A stretch of DNA of 64,000 bases, taken from the NCBI GenBank assembly GCA_037440005.1, contig JBBIUY010000009.1, positions 9,200-73,199 of the forward strand, read 5' to 3'. This stretch comes from Armatimonadota bacterium. GTDB lineage: Bacteria; Sysuimicrobiota; Sysuimicrobiia; Sysuimicrobiales; Kaftiobacteriaceae. Below, in pieces: positions 49,792 through 58,203 of this stretch. A program made the position numbers and the translations under genes. Each line of letters starts with the position of its first letter. Position 1 is the first letter of the stretch. Under the pieces are notes generated by a model, which saw only the letters and a list, made by a program, of their open reading frames with translations, searched no databases and had not been told where the DNA came from.

Positions 49792-50631
49792 TTATTGCTT
49801 TCGCGGCGGGCCCGGAGGGTCCTGGCGCGCCGCGGCCTCCATCTCCGCCAGGATGCGGATCGCGGCGGCGTGGGGGTCGGGGGCGGCGATGATCGGCCTG
49901 CCCACCACGAGATAGTCGGCGCCGGCGCGGACTGCCTCCGCCGGGGTGGCGGTGCGGCGTTGATCTGCGGCACGGTCGCCGGCGGGACGGATCCCCGGCG
50001 TCACCACGATGAACTCGTCCCCGCACGCGCGTTTGATCTCCGGGACCTCGGAGACGGCGGCGACGACGCCGTCCAGCCCGCACTCCCGCGCCAGGACTGC
50101 GGATTCCACCACGTGTCGCGCGACGTCCGGCGCGCCCGGCTCGCTGGTCAGCCGCGTCACCCCCACCAGCAGCGGACGACAGAAGGGGTCTGACCCCTTT
50201 TTCCGTCCCGGGCGGATGGAGGGGTCTGACCCCTTTTTCCGGCGCTGGAGGGAGCGGTCGCGCGCACGCACCGCGGCCACCAGCGCCTCCCGCCCGGCCG
50301 CCACGTGCACGGTCAGCAGGTCCACTCCCAGCTGTACCGCCGCCTCCACGGCGGACGCGACGGTGCGGGGGATGTCGTGGAACTTCAGGTCCAGGAAGAC
50401 CCGCCCCCCGCGGCCCCGGACCGCCTGGACCGCCGGCGGGCCGGCGGCGGTGAACAGCGCGGATCCGACCTTGAACCAGGACACGCGCCCGCGCAGGGCC
50501 TCCACCAGGTCCACGGCCTCGGCCAGGGTGGGGAGGTCCAGGGCGACCACGAGCACGGGAATGCGGACACGGGAGATCGCGGGAATGCGGCCCGGCGCGT
50601 GAGAGTCGGACGGCAACCTATTCACGTCCAC
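49792..50631 (-). CDS. pyrF: Orotidine-5'-phosphate decarboxylase with an in-frame palindrome insertion
   Basis: VALD, KVG, FLDLKFHDIPRTV, VTPGIRP, DQRR, VVGRPI. Confidence 0.93.
   Translation of the reverse strand: MDVNRLPSDSHAPGRIPAISRVRIPVLVVALDLPTLAEAVDLVEALRGRVSWFKVGSALFTAAGPPAVQAVRGRGGRVFLDLKFHDIPRTVASAVEAAVQLGVDLLTVHVAAGREALVAAVRARDRSLQRRKKGSDPSIRPGRKKGSDPFCRPLLVGVTRLTSEPGAPDVARHVVESAVLARECGLDGVVAAVSEVPEIKRACGDEFIVVTPGIRPAGDRAADQRRTATPAEAVRAGADYLVVGRPIIAAPDPHAAAIRILAEMEAAARQDPPGPPRKQ
50182..50240. repeat. Two REP-like palindromes GGGGTCTGACCCCTTTTTCC inside pyrF
   Basis: Direct duplication visible in the sequence; encodes KKGSDP twice. Confidence 0.85.
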
Positions 50632-51586
50632 CGTCGGAGACCTCCAGCGAGCCGATCACCTGGGCCACGTCGGCCAGGCCCTGGGCGACCAGGTAGCGTT
50701 CCAGCCCCTGGCGGATCGTGGCCGGGGCGGCGGGGTCGTCCAGGACGGCCGAGCCCACCGCCACCGCCCGGGCGCCGGCGATCAGGAACTCCAGCGCGTC
50801 CTCGGCGGTGGCGATGCCGCCCATGCCGATCATAGGAATCCGGCAGGCGCGGGCCACCTCCCAGACCACGCGCACCGCCAGCGGCCGGATGGCCGGACCC
50901 GACAGGCCCCCGGTGACGCCTCCCAGAGCCGGCCGGCGGGTGGAGACGTCAACGACCATGCCCAGCACGGTGTTGACCGCGGACAGGGCGTCGGCCCCCG
51001 CCCCTTCTGCCGCCCGGGCGATGGCGACCACGTCGGTGACGTTGGGCGTCAGCTTCACCAGCAGCGGACCGGGAAAGACGCGGCGCACGGCGGCCACCAG
51101 CTCGGCCGTCAGGCCGGGGTCCGTCCCGAAGACCAGGCCCCGCGCCACGTTGGGACAGGAGACATTGAGCTCGACGCCCGCCACCCCGTCCTCGTCGGCG
51201 AGCCACCGCGCCATCGTCACGTACTCGTCCACGGACTCGCCGGCCAGGCTGACGATGAGAGGGATCCCCAGGGTGCGCAGGAACGGCAGCTCCTTGCTCA
51301 CAAAGCCGGCCAGGCCCGGGTTGGGCAGGCCCAGGGAGTTCAGCCATCCGGCCTCGGTGCGGACCACCTGCGGGCGGGGGTTGCCCGCGCGCGGTTCCAA
51401 GGTGACGGATTTGGTGATCAGGCCCGCGAACGACCGCAAATCCACGGTGGTCTGGACTTCGCGGCCGAAGCCCAGCGGCCCGGGAGCCGCCAGGACGGGG
51501 TGGGCGAACCGGATGCCGGCGACCTCGACGGCCAGGGACGGAGGGGATCCGACGCGCCCGTGGTCCTGTGTGTCTTTCTCTCGCAT
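50618..51586 (-). CDS. pyrD: Dihydroorotate dehydrogenase, family 1B catalytic subunit
   Basis: TKSVT, NSLGLPNPG, ELNVSCPN, VKLTPN, GGLSGPAIRP. Confidence 0.92.
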   Translation of the reverse strand: MREKDTQDHGRVGSPPSLAVEVAGIRFAHPVLAAPGPLGFGREVQTTVDLRSFAGLITKSVTLEPRAGNPRPQVVRTEAGWLNSLGLPNPGLAGFVSKELPFLRTLGIPLIVSLAGESVDEYVTMARWLADEDGVAGVELNVSCPNVARGLVFGTDPGLTAELVAAVRRVFPGPLLVKLTPNVTDVVAIARAAEGAGADALSAVNTVLGMVVDVSTRRPALGGVTGGLSGPAIRPLAVRVVWEVARACRIPMIGMGGIATAEDALEFLIAGARAVAVGSAVLDDPAAPATIRQGLERYLVAQGLADVAQVIGSLEVSDGGRE

Positions 51587-51999
51587 GCCTTCCCGGCCTC
51601 GCGGGACCGGCTTAAAGGACACCGCCTGCGAGCACTGTAGCACAGTTTGCGGCGCACCGAAAGGGCTGGCGCCGCCGCGACGACATTTGGGGTCATCTCT
51701 GCAAGCGCGGCGCCTGTCAACCCCCCGGTGACCGGTACCCGGGATCTTGAGCCGTTCTCGTCGGAGTCATTGGAGGGGGGAATTTGGGGTCAAACCCCTA
51801 ATGTCGGTTCGTGTCCCCTGTCTGTGTGACACTACACCGGGGATGGGCGGAAATTGGGGTCAGACGCTCTATGTTGGTGTCGTGGGCGGGTGCTGCGCGC
51901 GGCGGAGGAAACGGGGGGTTGTCGTCTAATTCCTGGGGCCAAGAGGGCATACGTTCTCGCGCACGGTCAATCCTGCCCCTGAAGGAGGGAGCGGTCACG

Positions 52000-52551
52000 A
52001 TGATGCGATCATCCGTCGTCGCCCTCGTCGTCGCTGTGGCTCTGGGTATCGGCGTGTGGGTGCCGGCGCCGGCTGAGGCGCAGCTGGCCAGCCAGCGGGG
52101 CAACTCGGTCAGCGCGCGGCTGGTGAGCATCGGCGGCACCACCGACTGGGTGCTGGGGGTCGCCTACCGGATCAACCCCACGCTGGACGCGGCGTTCGCC
52201 TACAGCACCATCCCACCCTTTGACAGCGAGATTGACCTGGGGGTCCGGCTGCACTTCCCCGCCCGGACGCCGGGGATCGACCCGTTTGTGGAGGCGGGGA
52301 TCGCCTTCACCACCCTGGCGGGCACCAGCGGGTCGGGCGTTTTCATCCAGGCGGGTGCGGCCCTGACCCTGGCCCCCCGGTGGACCGGCCTGGCCTCCAT
52401 CCACTACGTCTCGTCGTCGGGCACCACGGCGACCATCTACGACGTGGGGGTGCAGTACCAGTTCACCAGCCAGACCTCGGGCGTGCTGGGCTTCATGGGC
52501 TCCAGCGCCGGCAACGGGGTGTACGTGGGGGTGAGCTTCAACCTCCGGTAG
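52000..52551 (+). CDS. Small outer-membrane beta-barrel protein
   Basis: AAGGAGG RBS, signal peptide ending AEA, alternating beta strands, aromatic residue near the C-terminus. Confidence 0.7.
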   Translation: MMRSSVVALVVAVALGIGVWVPAPAEAQLASQRGNSVSARLVSIGGTTDWVLGVAYRINPTLDAAFAYSTIPPFDSEIDLGVRLHFPARTPGIDPFVEAGIAFTTLAGTSGSGVFIQAGAALTLAPRWTGLASIHYVSSSGTTATIYDVGVQYQFTSQTSGVLGFMGSSAGNGVYVGVSFNLR

Positions 52552-52569
52552 GAGGGTCGTCCGACGGTG

Positions 52570-52600
52570 GCGGGGAGGCGGGCAGCGCCCGCTTCCCCGC
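52570..52600. terminator. GC hairpin between convergent genes
   Basis: GCGGGGAGGCGGGC-AGC-GCCCGCTTCCCCGC. Confidence 0.5.
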
Positions 52601-52621
52601 CGTGTCTGTGCAGGGCTTCCG

Positions 52622-52978
52622 CTACAGCAGGTACAGCTCGGCCGGCACCAGGCGTCTGTTGACGGGGTCGGCGGCCAGGCCGAAGGACTCCAGGGTCACC
52701 GCTCCCAGCAGAGCGGGGACTCCCTCATCGCCCACCACGCAGACGGTCGGACGGGTGCGGCCTCCCAGCCGCACTGTGACGACGGCGACCTCCCGCGCGA
52801 CCCTGCGGCCGTCTGCGAGTGTAAACTCCTGCTGTTCGATGGGCCGGACGCCCAGCCGGGACAGCAGTGAACGGGGAAACTGGCTGAAGGTCGCGCCGGT
52901 GTCTACGACCGCTTCGACCGGCTCAAAGGGGCCGGCGTCCGAGGGGCCGATTTCAACCACCTGACGGAAGGTGCCCAT
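52622..52978 (-). CDS. Clan AA (retropepsin-like) aspartic protease
   Basis: VVDTGATFS, LADGR, LLGAVTLE motifs. Confidence 0.85.
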   Translation of the reverse strand: MGTFRQVVEIGPSDAGPFEPVEAVVDTGATFSQFPRSLLSRLGVRPIEQQEFTLADGRRVAREVAVVTVRLGGRTRPTVCVVGDEGVPALLGAVTLESFGLAADPVNRRLVPAELYLL

Positions 52979-53036
52979 CCTGCCACCGAGGCGAGGATAG
53001 CACGCCCGCCCCTCTGCCCTCCAGCCGCAGGGCCTG

Positions 53037-53297
53037 TCACCCTGAGGCCTTTCGCACGATAATCCACTGGCCGTTTTCGAACTTGACCAGGTCGCCGACC
53101 TGGACCTGGCGGTAGAAATCCCAGGGGACGATGTATTCGGTGGCCTGAATGACGATGGCGGGCTGGCCGGCGCCCATGCCGACGCTGACGATGTACTTGT
53201 CCTCTACGAACCCGACGACGGGCCCGCGGTCCTCCTGCTCGCAGGAGGGAACCTGGGCGATCACGGCCAGCAGGACAAGGGCCATCAGGACTTTCAC
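53037..53297 (-). CDS. Small exported hypothetical protein
   Basis: AGGAG RBS; hydrophobic N-terminus followed by Cys. Confidence 0.6.
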   Translation of the reverse strand: MKVLMALVLLAVIAQVPSCEQEDRGPVVGFVEDKYIVSVGMGAGQPAIVIQATEYIVPWDFYRQVQVGDLVKFENGQWIIVRKASG

Positions 53298-53326
53298 GGT
53301 ATCTCCTCCTTCTTCATGGTTTCTCG

Positions 53327-53847
53327 CCCCCTCACCCTAACCCTCTCCCCCGGCGGGGGCGAGGGAAGGAGGGCAGCGGGGATCTGGTGCCCCCTCACCC
53401 TGACCCTCTCCCCCGGCAGGGGGAGAGGGAAGGAGGTCTCGTCGGCTGCCGGGGCCGCGTGGGAAGATGGGCTAACCCTCTCCCCCTTGCGGGGGGAGAG
53501 GGAAGGCCGATGGCCGCGGCAAGGGCGTCTAGCGGGATCTCTCGCCCTTGCGGGGAGAGGGAAGGAGTTCGGGGGCTGGCACCCCCTCGCCCTCTTCGCC
53601 GTGGGGGCCAGGGAAGAGTCATCAGTCCCCTCGCCCTATCACTGATCCCCCTTACGGGGGAGGGGGACGCTTGTTCATGGGGGAGACGGGCAAAATGCCT
53701 GTCAGGCGGCGAGGAAAGGAGGGCAGCGGGGATCTGGTACCCCCTCACCCTGACCCTCTCCCCCCTGCAGGGGGAGAGGGAAGGGCCAGTTCCGCCTCGC
53801 GGGCCCGGATCCGGTCCTCTCCCCCCTGCAGGGGGAGAGGGAAGAGG
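53327..53847. repeat. Array of about 8 REP-like hairpins CCCTCACCC..[24 protein letters not shown]
   Basis: Copies start near 53327, 53390, 53473, 53538, 53584, 53627, 53740 and 53816. Confidence 0.85.
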
Positions 53848-53966
53848 GCCTGCGCGGGAGAGGGAAGAGGAGCTGCGAAGGGAGGGAAAAGGACTTGTGG
53901 AAGAGAGGGTCCGCCGGCGTCTCGCTGCGGGTGTGGCTGTCGCCGGAACCGCAGGTCGTCCGGACC

Positions 53967-54007
53967 AAAGAACAAGGGCCCGGAGGGAGAGATTTCCCTC
54001 CGGGCCC
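53967..54007 (-). terminator. Intrinsic terminator of the SLH-porin gene
   Basis: GGGCCCGGAGGGA-loop-TCCCTCCGGGCCC followed by TTGTTCTTT on the minus strand. Confidence 0.75.
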
Positions 54008-54021
54008 GACTGCGAGACAGG

Positions 54022-55395
54022 CTACCAGCGGTAGGTCAGGTACGCTGCGTAGCCGGTGTCAGTCGCCTGTCCGGTGCTGGAGATGTACTCCAGGCCGAAG
54101 GTGGTGTTGGCGGCCAGGCTGTACTCGGCGCCGGCCAGCCACACAGTGTAGCTGATAGAGGTGGGGTTGTCCGTCCCGGACTCGTAGGCGGCCTTGACGG
54201 TCAGCTTGTCGCTGACCTTCAGGCTGAGGTCCGCCCCGAAGGCCGTGACCTGGTTGAGCTCGTAGCCCTTCCAGAAGCCGCCCAGGGAGTAGATGGCGGT
54301 GTCCTGGTAGGGGTAGGTGGCCCCATAGGCCTTGTACCAGACGTTGGCCTTCGGCGACCACTGGGCCATGCCCAGGGCAGACAGGTCAATGCCCAGGGTG
54401 GCGGTCCAGGCCGTGGCCCCCGCCAGGCTGGCGTACTCGCCCGAGAGGCTGAAGCCGGGGAACAGGTCTCCGCTGAAGTCCACGCTCCACCCGCTCCGCA
54501 GCTCGGTGCCGGTGTTCTCGTAGTCCCGGTCGGACCGGTAGTTGGCGCCGAACGACCACCCGGCCAGGCTGGTGCTCACCCGGGCCGCGTAGGTGAACGT
54601 GTTGGCGGTCGAGGCGTTGTAGTAGCCCAGAGCGGTCCAGGAGAATCCGGCCAGCGAGCCGCTGGCCCGCACGCCGTTGCGGGCTCCGCTGGTCTCCGCC
54701 GACGACAGCAGGATGCCGTTGGCGAACGACCAGTAGTCGCGGCCCACGCGGAAACTGATCCCCCACGGCGACGACCAGTCGAAGTACACCCGGTCGAAGT
54801 CCGTGGTGTTGGCGGCCGGAGAGACCGCGTTCCACCGGGCCCGGACGAACAGAGCGGTCCCGCCGCCCACGCTGCCCTTGAAGGTCAGGCGGGCGCGGTT
54901 GAGCTCCACGGCGCCCATCGCGCCGGTCGCGAAGGTGTTCACGTACGTCCAGTCGCCGGTGATGGTGGTCTTGTCCAGCGCGCCCTTCAGGGCCGCCAGT
55001 TCCTCCTCGACGGCGGTCACCCGCACGCCCAGGGCGGCCAGCTCGGCGCGGAACTCGTTGACCAGCCGCTGGATGGCCTGGATGTCGGCCCGGGTCACCT
55101 CAGGCCGCGGCGCAGGCGGCGGAGGCGGAGGCGGCGGAGGCGGCGGCGGGATCTTGATGGCCTCGATGCGGGCCAGGATCCTGGCCACCACCATGGCCAG
55201 TTCGTAGCGGGTCACCCCGCGGTCGCCCTTGAAGGTCCCATCGGGGAAGCCCTCGATGATGCCCTTCGCGGCGAGCTCAGCGATCGCGTCGAACGCCCAG
55301 TGGTCGGTGGGGACGTCCGCGAACGGCTGAGCCAGCGCGGGGGAGACCAGAGCGAGCACGAGGATCGCTGCAACGGTCAGTGCCAGATTCCTCAT
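54022..55395 (-). CDS. SLH-domain outer-membrane beta-barrel protein (OmpM/SlpA-like tether)
   Basis: Signal peptide, SLH motif FADVPTDHWA..GFPDGTFKG..TRYELA, poly-Pro linker, coiled coil, beta-barrel ending YRW. Confidence 0.88.
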   Translation of the reverse strand: MRNLALTVAAILVLALVSPALAQPFADVPTDHWAFDAIAELAAKGIIEGFPDGTFKGDRGVTRYELAMVVARILARIEAIKIPPPPPPPPPPPPAPRPEVTRADIQAIQRLVNEFRAELAALGVRVTAVEEELAALKGALDKTTITGDWTYVNTFATGAMGAVELNRARLTFKGSVGGGTALFVRARWNAVSPAANTTDFDRVYFDWSSPWGISFRVGRDYWSFANGILLSSAETSGARNGVRASGSLAGFSWTALGYYNASTANTFTYAARVSTSLAGWSFGANYRSDRDYENTGTELRSGWSVDFSGDLFPGFSLSGEYASLAGATAWTATLGIDLSALGMAQWSPKANVWYKAYGATYPYQDTAIYSLGGFWKGYELNQVTAFGADLSLKVSDKLTVKAAYESGTDNPTSISYTVWLAGAEYSLAANTTFGLEYISSTGQATDTGYAAYLTYRW

Positions 55396-55824
55396 CTGCT
55401 CGTGTCCCCCTGTCTGGAGTTGTCGAACCGACAGCCGAGCGGCGTCTACGGGGAGTGGTCGTGTTTCCTCTCCGCGTCAGCGACGGCCGCCGGTCCGCTG
55501 TCCCCTGCCATCCCGGCCCGGGCGGACTCCTGCGGTCCTCACCTCCTTTCCCCGCTCCGGCACCGCCGTCTGCAGACGGCAGGTGACACCTGTGAAGCTG
55601 TCCCGGGAACTGCTCCCCTGCGGCGAGGCCGCAGGGCATCCGCTGCGTGGACGGGCCGGAACCCGGTTGCCGCGTCCTGGGAGTCTGTCTGCGGCCGGCG
55701 CGAGCCGGCCGGCACGGCTCCGACTATTCCGTCCAAGGGTATATACGCGCGATGGCGGCCCACTCCTCCTGCCCCCGGAGGATTTTCGCCGCCCGGTGGG
55801 CACAGGAGGAAAGTTGTCGGTTGG

Positions 55825-56346
55825 TTATCCTCCGGATCCCTCTGGGGCGGCGGGCTGACCGGCAAACCGGCCCAGGAGGACCTCCGCCGCGTAGTCGTCG
55901 TAGGGCTCGGGAGGCACCTGCAGCGACAGGGGGACCAGACGCCTCCACCCCCGGGGCGGGTGGTCCCGGAAGTACAGGCGGCGGGCCAGCAGCGTGCTGC
56001 CCTCCTCCGGCACGAGGCTGACGGGAACTTGGGGCAGCGCCTGCTCGAGGAGGCGGCGGACCTCGGCGGCGCCCGTCCGGTCGCCGACGATCACCCGGGT
56101 GACCGCAAACCGGCCCGCCCACTCCCGCACGACCTCCGCTAGGCGGGCGCGGGGCACCACCGCCCGGGCGACGACCCGCGCGCCGTCGCCGAGGGCCAGC
56201 CCGCACTTGTCGCGGCCGGGGTCGAGGGCGAGGATGAGGGAAAAGGGAAAAGGGAAAAGGGAAAAGGGAAAAAGCAAAAGCGGAACGGGGAAGGGCCACT
56301 GCGAGAGACAGCAGGAAAATAGCGCCAAGAAGTGAGGGAAATGCAT
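55825..56346 (-). CDS. YqgF/RuvX-like RNase H-fold nuclease with a repeat-derived N-terminal extension
   Basis: ILALDPGRDKCGLA, VGDRT, EEGSTLLAR, DDYAA. The nearest upstream ATG overlaps the four-helix gene stop (TAATG). Confidence 0.8.
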   Translation of the reverse strand: MHFPHFLALFSCCLSQWPFPVPLLLFPFSLFPFPFSLILALDPGRDKCGLALGDGARVVARAVVPRARLAEVVREWAGRFAVTRVIVGDRTGAAEVRRLLEQALPQVPVSLVPEEGSTLLARRLYFRDHPPRGWRRLVPLSLQVPPEPYDDYAAEVLLGRFAGQPAAPEGSGG

Positions 56347-56791
56347 TATTGGGGTGCCTTGTTGATGGCAGCGGTCAGCATCGCGATCACTTCCCCGCAC
56401 GACCGGCGGAGAGCGTTGTAGGAGGCGCGGTCGATCGCGCCGATCTCTTCCGCAAGTAAGATCCAGTAATCGGCCTCCCACGCCGATCCCCGCGACACTT
56501 TGAGATACCGCACGAATGACCTTCCGCACTGTCCTCCGTAGCCTTCGACGATGTTGGCCGGAACAGATATCGCCGCGCGCACCAGTTGCGCTCTGACGAT
56601 CTGCGCCTCGCGGGTGCTGGGGAAGTGCCTCGATACTTCAAGCACAAGCTTCAGAAAAGCGTGGGCTTTCTGCCATACCGCGAGTTTTCGGTATCCCTGC
56701 CCCTGCACATCACCACCCGCCCCCCACCACCCCAGCCTTACAACCCCCACCACCTCTTTCCCTTTTCCCTTTTCCTTTTTCCCTTTTCCCT
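56237..56791. mobile_element. Cassette: (GGGAAAA)n arm - four-helix-bundle gene - (TTTTCCC)n arm
   Basis: Arms 56237-56280 and 56754-56791 enclose a lower-GC gene; mobility is inferred. Confidence 0.7.
56346..56708 (-). CDS. Four helix bundle protein (23S rRNA IVP/bAvd-like family)
   Basis: YRKLAVWQKAH...QLVRAAISVPANIVEGYG...YLKVSRGSAWE. Confidence 0.9.
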   Translation of the reverse strand: MQGQGYRKLAVWQKAHAFLKLVLEVSRHFPSTREAQIVRAQLVRAAISVPANIVEGYGGQCGRSFVRYLKVSRGSAWEADYWILLAEEIGAIDRASYNALRRSCGEVIAMLTAAINKAPQ

Positions 56792-57635
56792 ATTCCGGCA
56801 GGAATACAACCGGCACCAGGGCCCAGGAGTCGATGGGCTGGTTGTCGCGGGTGGCGGGCTGAAAGAGCCACGTCCAGGCGGAGGTCGCGGCCGCCGCATC
56901 CAGCGCCGGGTCTCCCGATGGACGCGCAACCTCCACCGCCGCGACGGTCCCGTCGGCGCGGACCAGGACCTTCAGCACGACCCGTCCCCGGGCGGCCTGC
57001 ACCCGATCCTGCACGGTCAGTCCCGCGCGCTCCACCACGATCCGGTAGCCGCTCGCCGGGTAGTCCAGCCGCCCCGGATCCACCAGGACGGGAGGCGTGA
57101 GCACAGGGGCAGCCTGCTGCGGGATGACGGCGGACGGTTGTTCCCCGCCTGCGGTAATCTGCCGGGGGTCGCTGAGAGTCTCCGGGAGGTCTCCGGAAGC
57201 GTCCCCGCCGTCCAGGCGACCCCGTCGGACAGGCTTCCCGGGCCCGGACGCGCCTGCACCGTCCGGCGCGACCTGGGAGTCCGGAGGCTGCATGGTAGAA
57301 ATCGCGACAGGCTGCGGCGCAGGACCTGGACGCCGCGCAGCTGAGGCGTCGGCGGTCTTGGGGGCGGGCCGCGCCGCCGGCCGTGGGGGGCGTGAGGGCG
57401 GGGGCGCAGACTCCGGCGGAGCTGACCGCGTGACTGTGCCGGCGTCTGCGGGCGGGGACCAGAAGGTCGGGTCCCAGCCGGCCTCCTCCTCCGCTGTGGG
57501 CGCCCGCCGCTGCGCGGACACCATCGGAGCGCTGGCGGGCGGTCGCTCTATGGCCGTCCCGGGGCGCCGCGCCACCCCCACGGCCGCGATGAGCGCGGCC
57601 GCGGCGGCGGCCGCCAGGATGGCCTGCGCTCTCAC
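56790..57635 (-). CDS. TonB family energy transducer
   Basis: N-terminal TM, Pro/Ala-rich linker, GRVVLKVLVRADGTV..SGDPALDAAA..W.FQPA; GTGA overlap. Confidence 0.85.
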   Translation of the reverse strand: MRAQAILAAAAAAALIAAVGVARRPGTAIERPPASAPMVSAQRRAPTAEEEAGWDPTFWSPPADAGTVTRSAPPESAPPPSRPPRPAARPAPKTADASAARRPGPAPQPVAISTMQPPDSQVAPDGAGASGPGKPVRRGRLDGGDASGDLPETLSDPRQITAGGEQPSAVIPQQAAPVLTPPVLVDPGRLDYPASGYRIVVERAGLTVQDRVQAARGRVVLKVLVRADGTVAAVEVARPSGDPALDAAAATSAWTWLFQPATRDNQPIDSWALVPVVFLPE

Positions 57636-58165
57636 CGCGCGACCGCCTCCCCGACGGGTCGCGCCCGCAGGCCCGGCAGCAGACGCTGCAGCAGCGCGAA
57701 CCCTCCGAACAGGACCACCGAGTACGCCAGGTCCCCGGCCACCGTGTTGCGGAAGAACGGGATCGCGGCCAGGTATGCTGCCAGCAGGCCCTGAGCCGTC
57801 CGGGGGTATAGGGCGCCTTCCAGCCACACGCCGAAGTTGGTGACCAGGAAGAACAGGATCGAACCGGCTAGCGCTCCGGCCACCACCCGGACGGGGCCGA
57901 GCCGGCGGCCCACCCACATCCCGATCGGGACCGCCAGGGCGATGGCGGCGTACACCACCGGGACCAGGGCGTGCAGCCCGATCACCAGGTCGCTCAGCAG
58001 CATCGCCCCCAGCGGCACGGCGAACGCCTGCCACCTCTGGTGGAAGTGGGCGCCGCCGAACAGGGCCACAGCCGCCACCGGCGTGAAGTTGGGCGGGTGC
58101 GGCAGCAGCCGCGAGGCGGCGGCGGCCAGCACGAGCCCCAGCAACACTGCCGTCCGTGCGCGCAT
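57632..58165 (-). CDS. DUF6580-like membrane protein, putative cobalamin uptake component
   Basis: SRLLPHPPNFTPVAAVALFGG, FFLVTNFGVW, AIPFFRN; lies in the B12-riboswitch operon. Confidence 0.72.
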   Translation of the reverse strand: MRARTAVLLGLVLAAAASRLLPHPPNFTPVAAVALFGGAHFHQRWQAFAVPLGAMLLSDLVIGLHALVPVVYAAIALAVPIGMWVGRRLGPVRVVAGALAGSILFFLVTNFGVWLEGALYPRTAQGLLAAYLAAIPFFRNTVAGDLAYSVVLFGGFALLQRLLPGLRARPVGEAVAR

Positions 58166-58203
58166 GGTTTCCTCCTCCTTTCGTCGTTCCGACGGGTCCG
58201 TCT

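Noticed and set aside
53327..53847. Possible CRISPR array or small ORFs (PLTLTLSP peptides)
   Set aside because: Spacing is irregular and copies are degenerate; the ORFs are translations of the hairpin repeat.
56346..56708. 23S rRNA intervening sequence
   Set aside because: The flanks are protein-coding genes; there is no rRNA sequence in the window.
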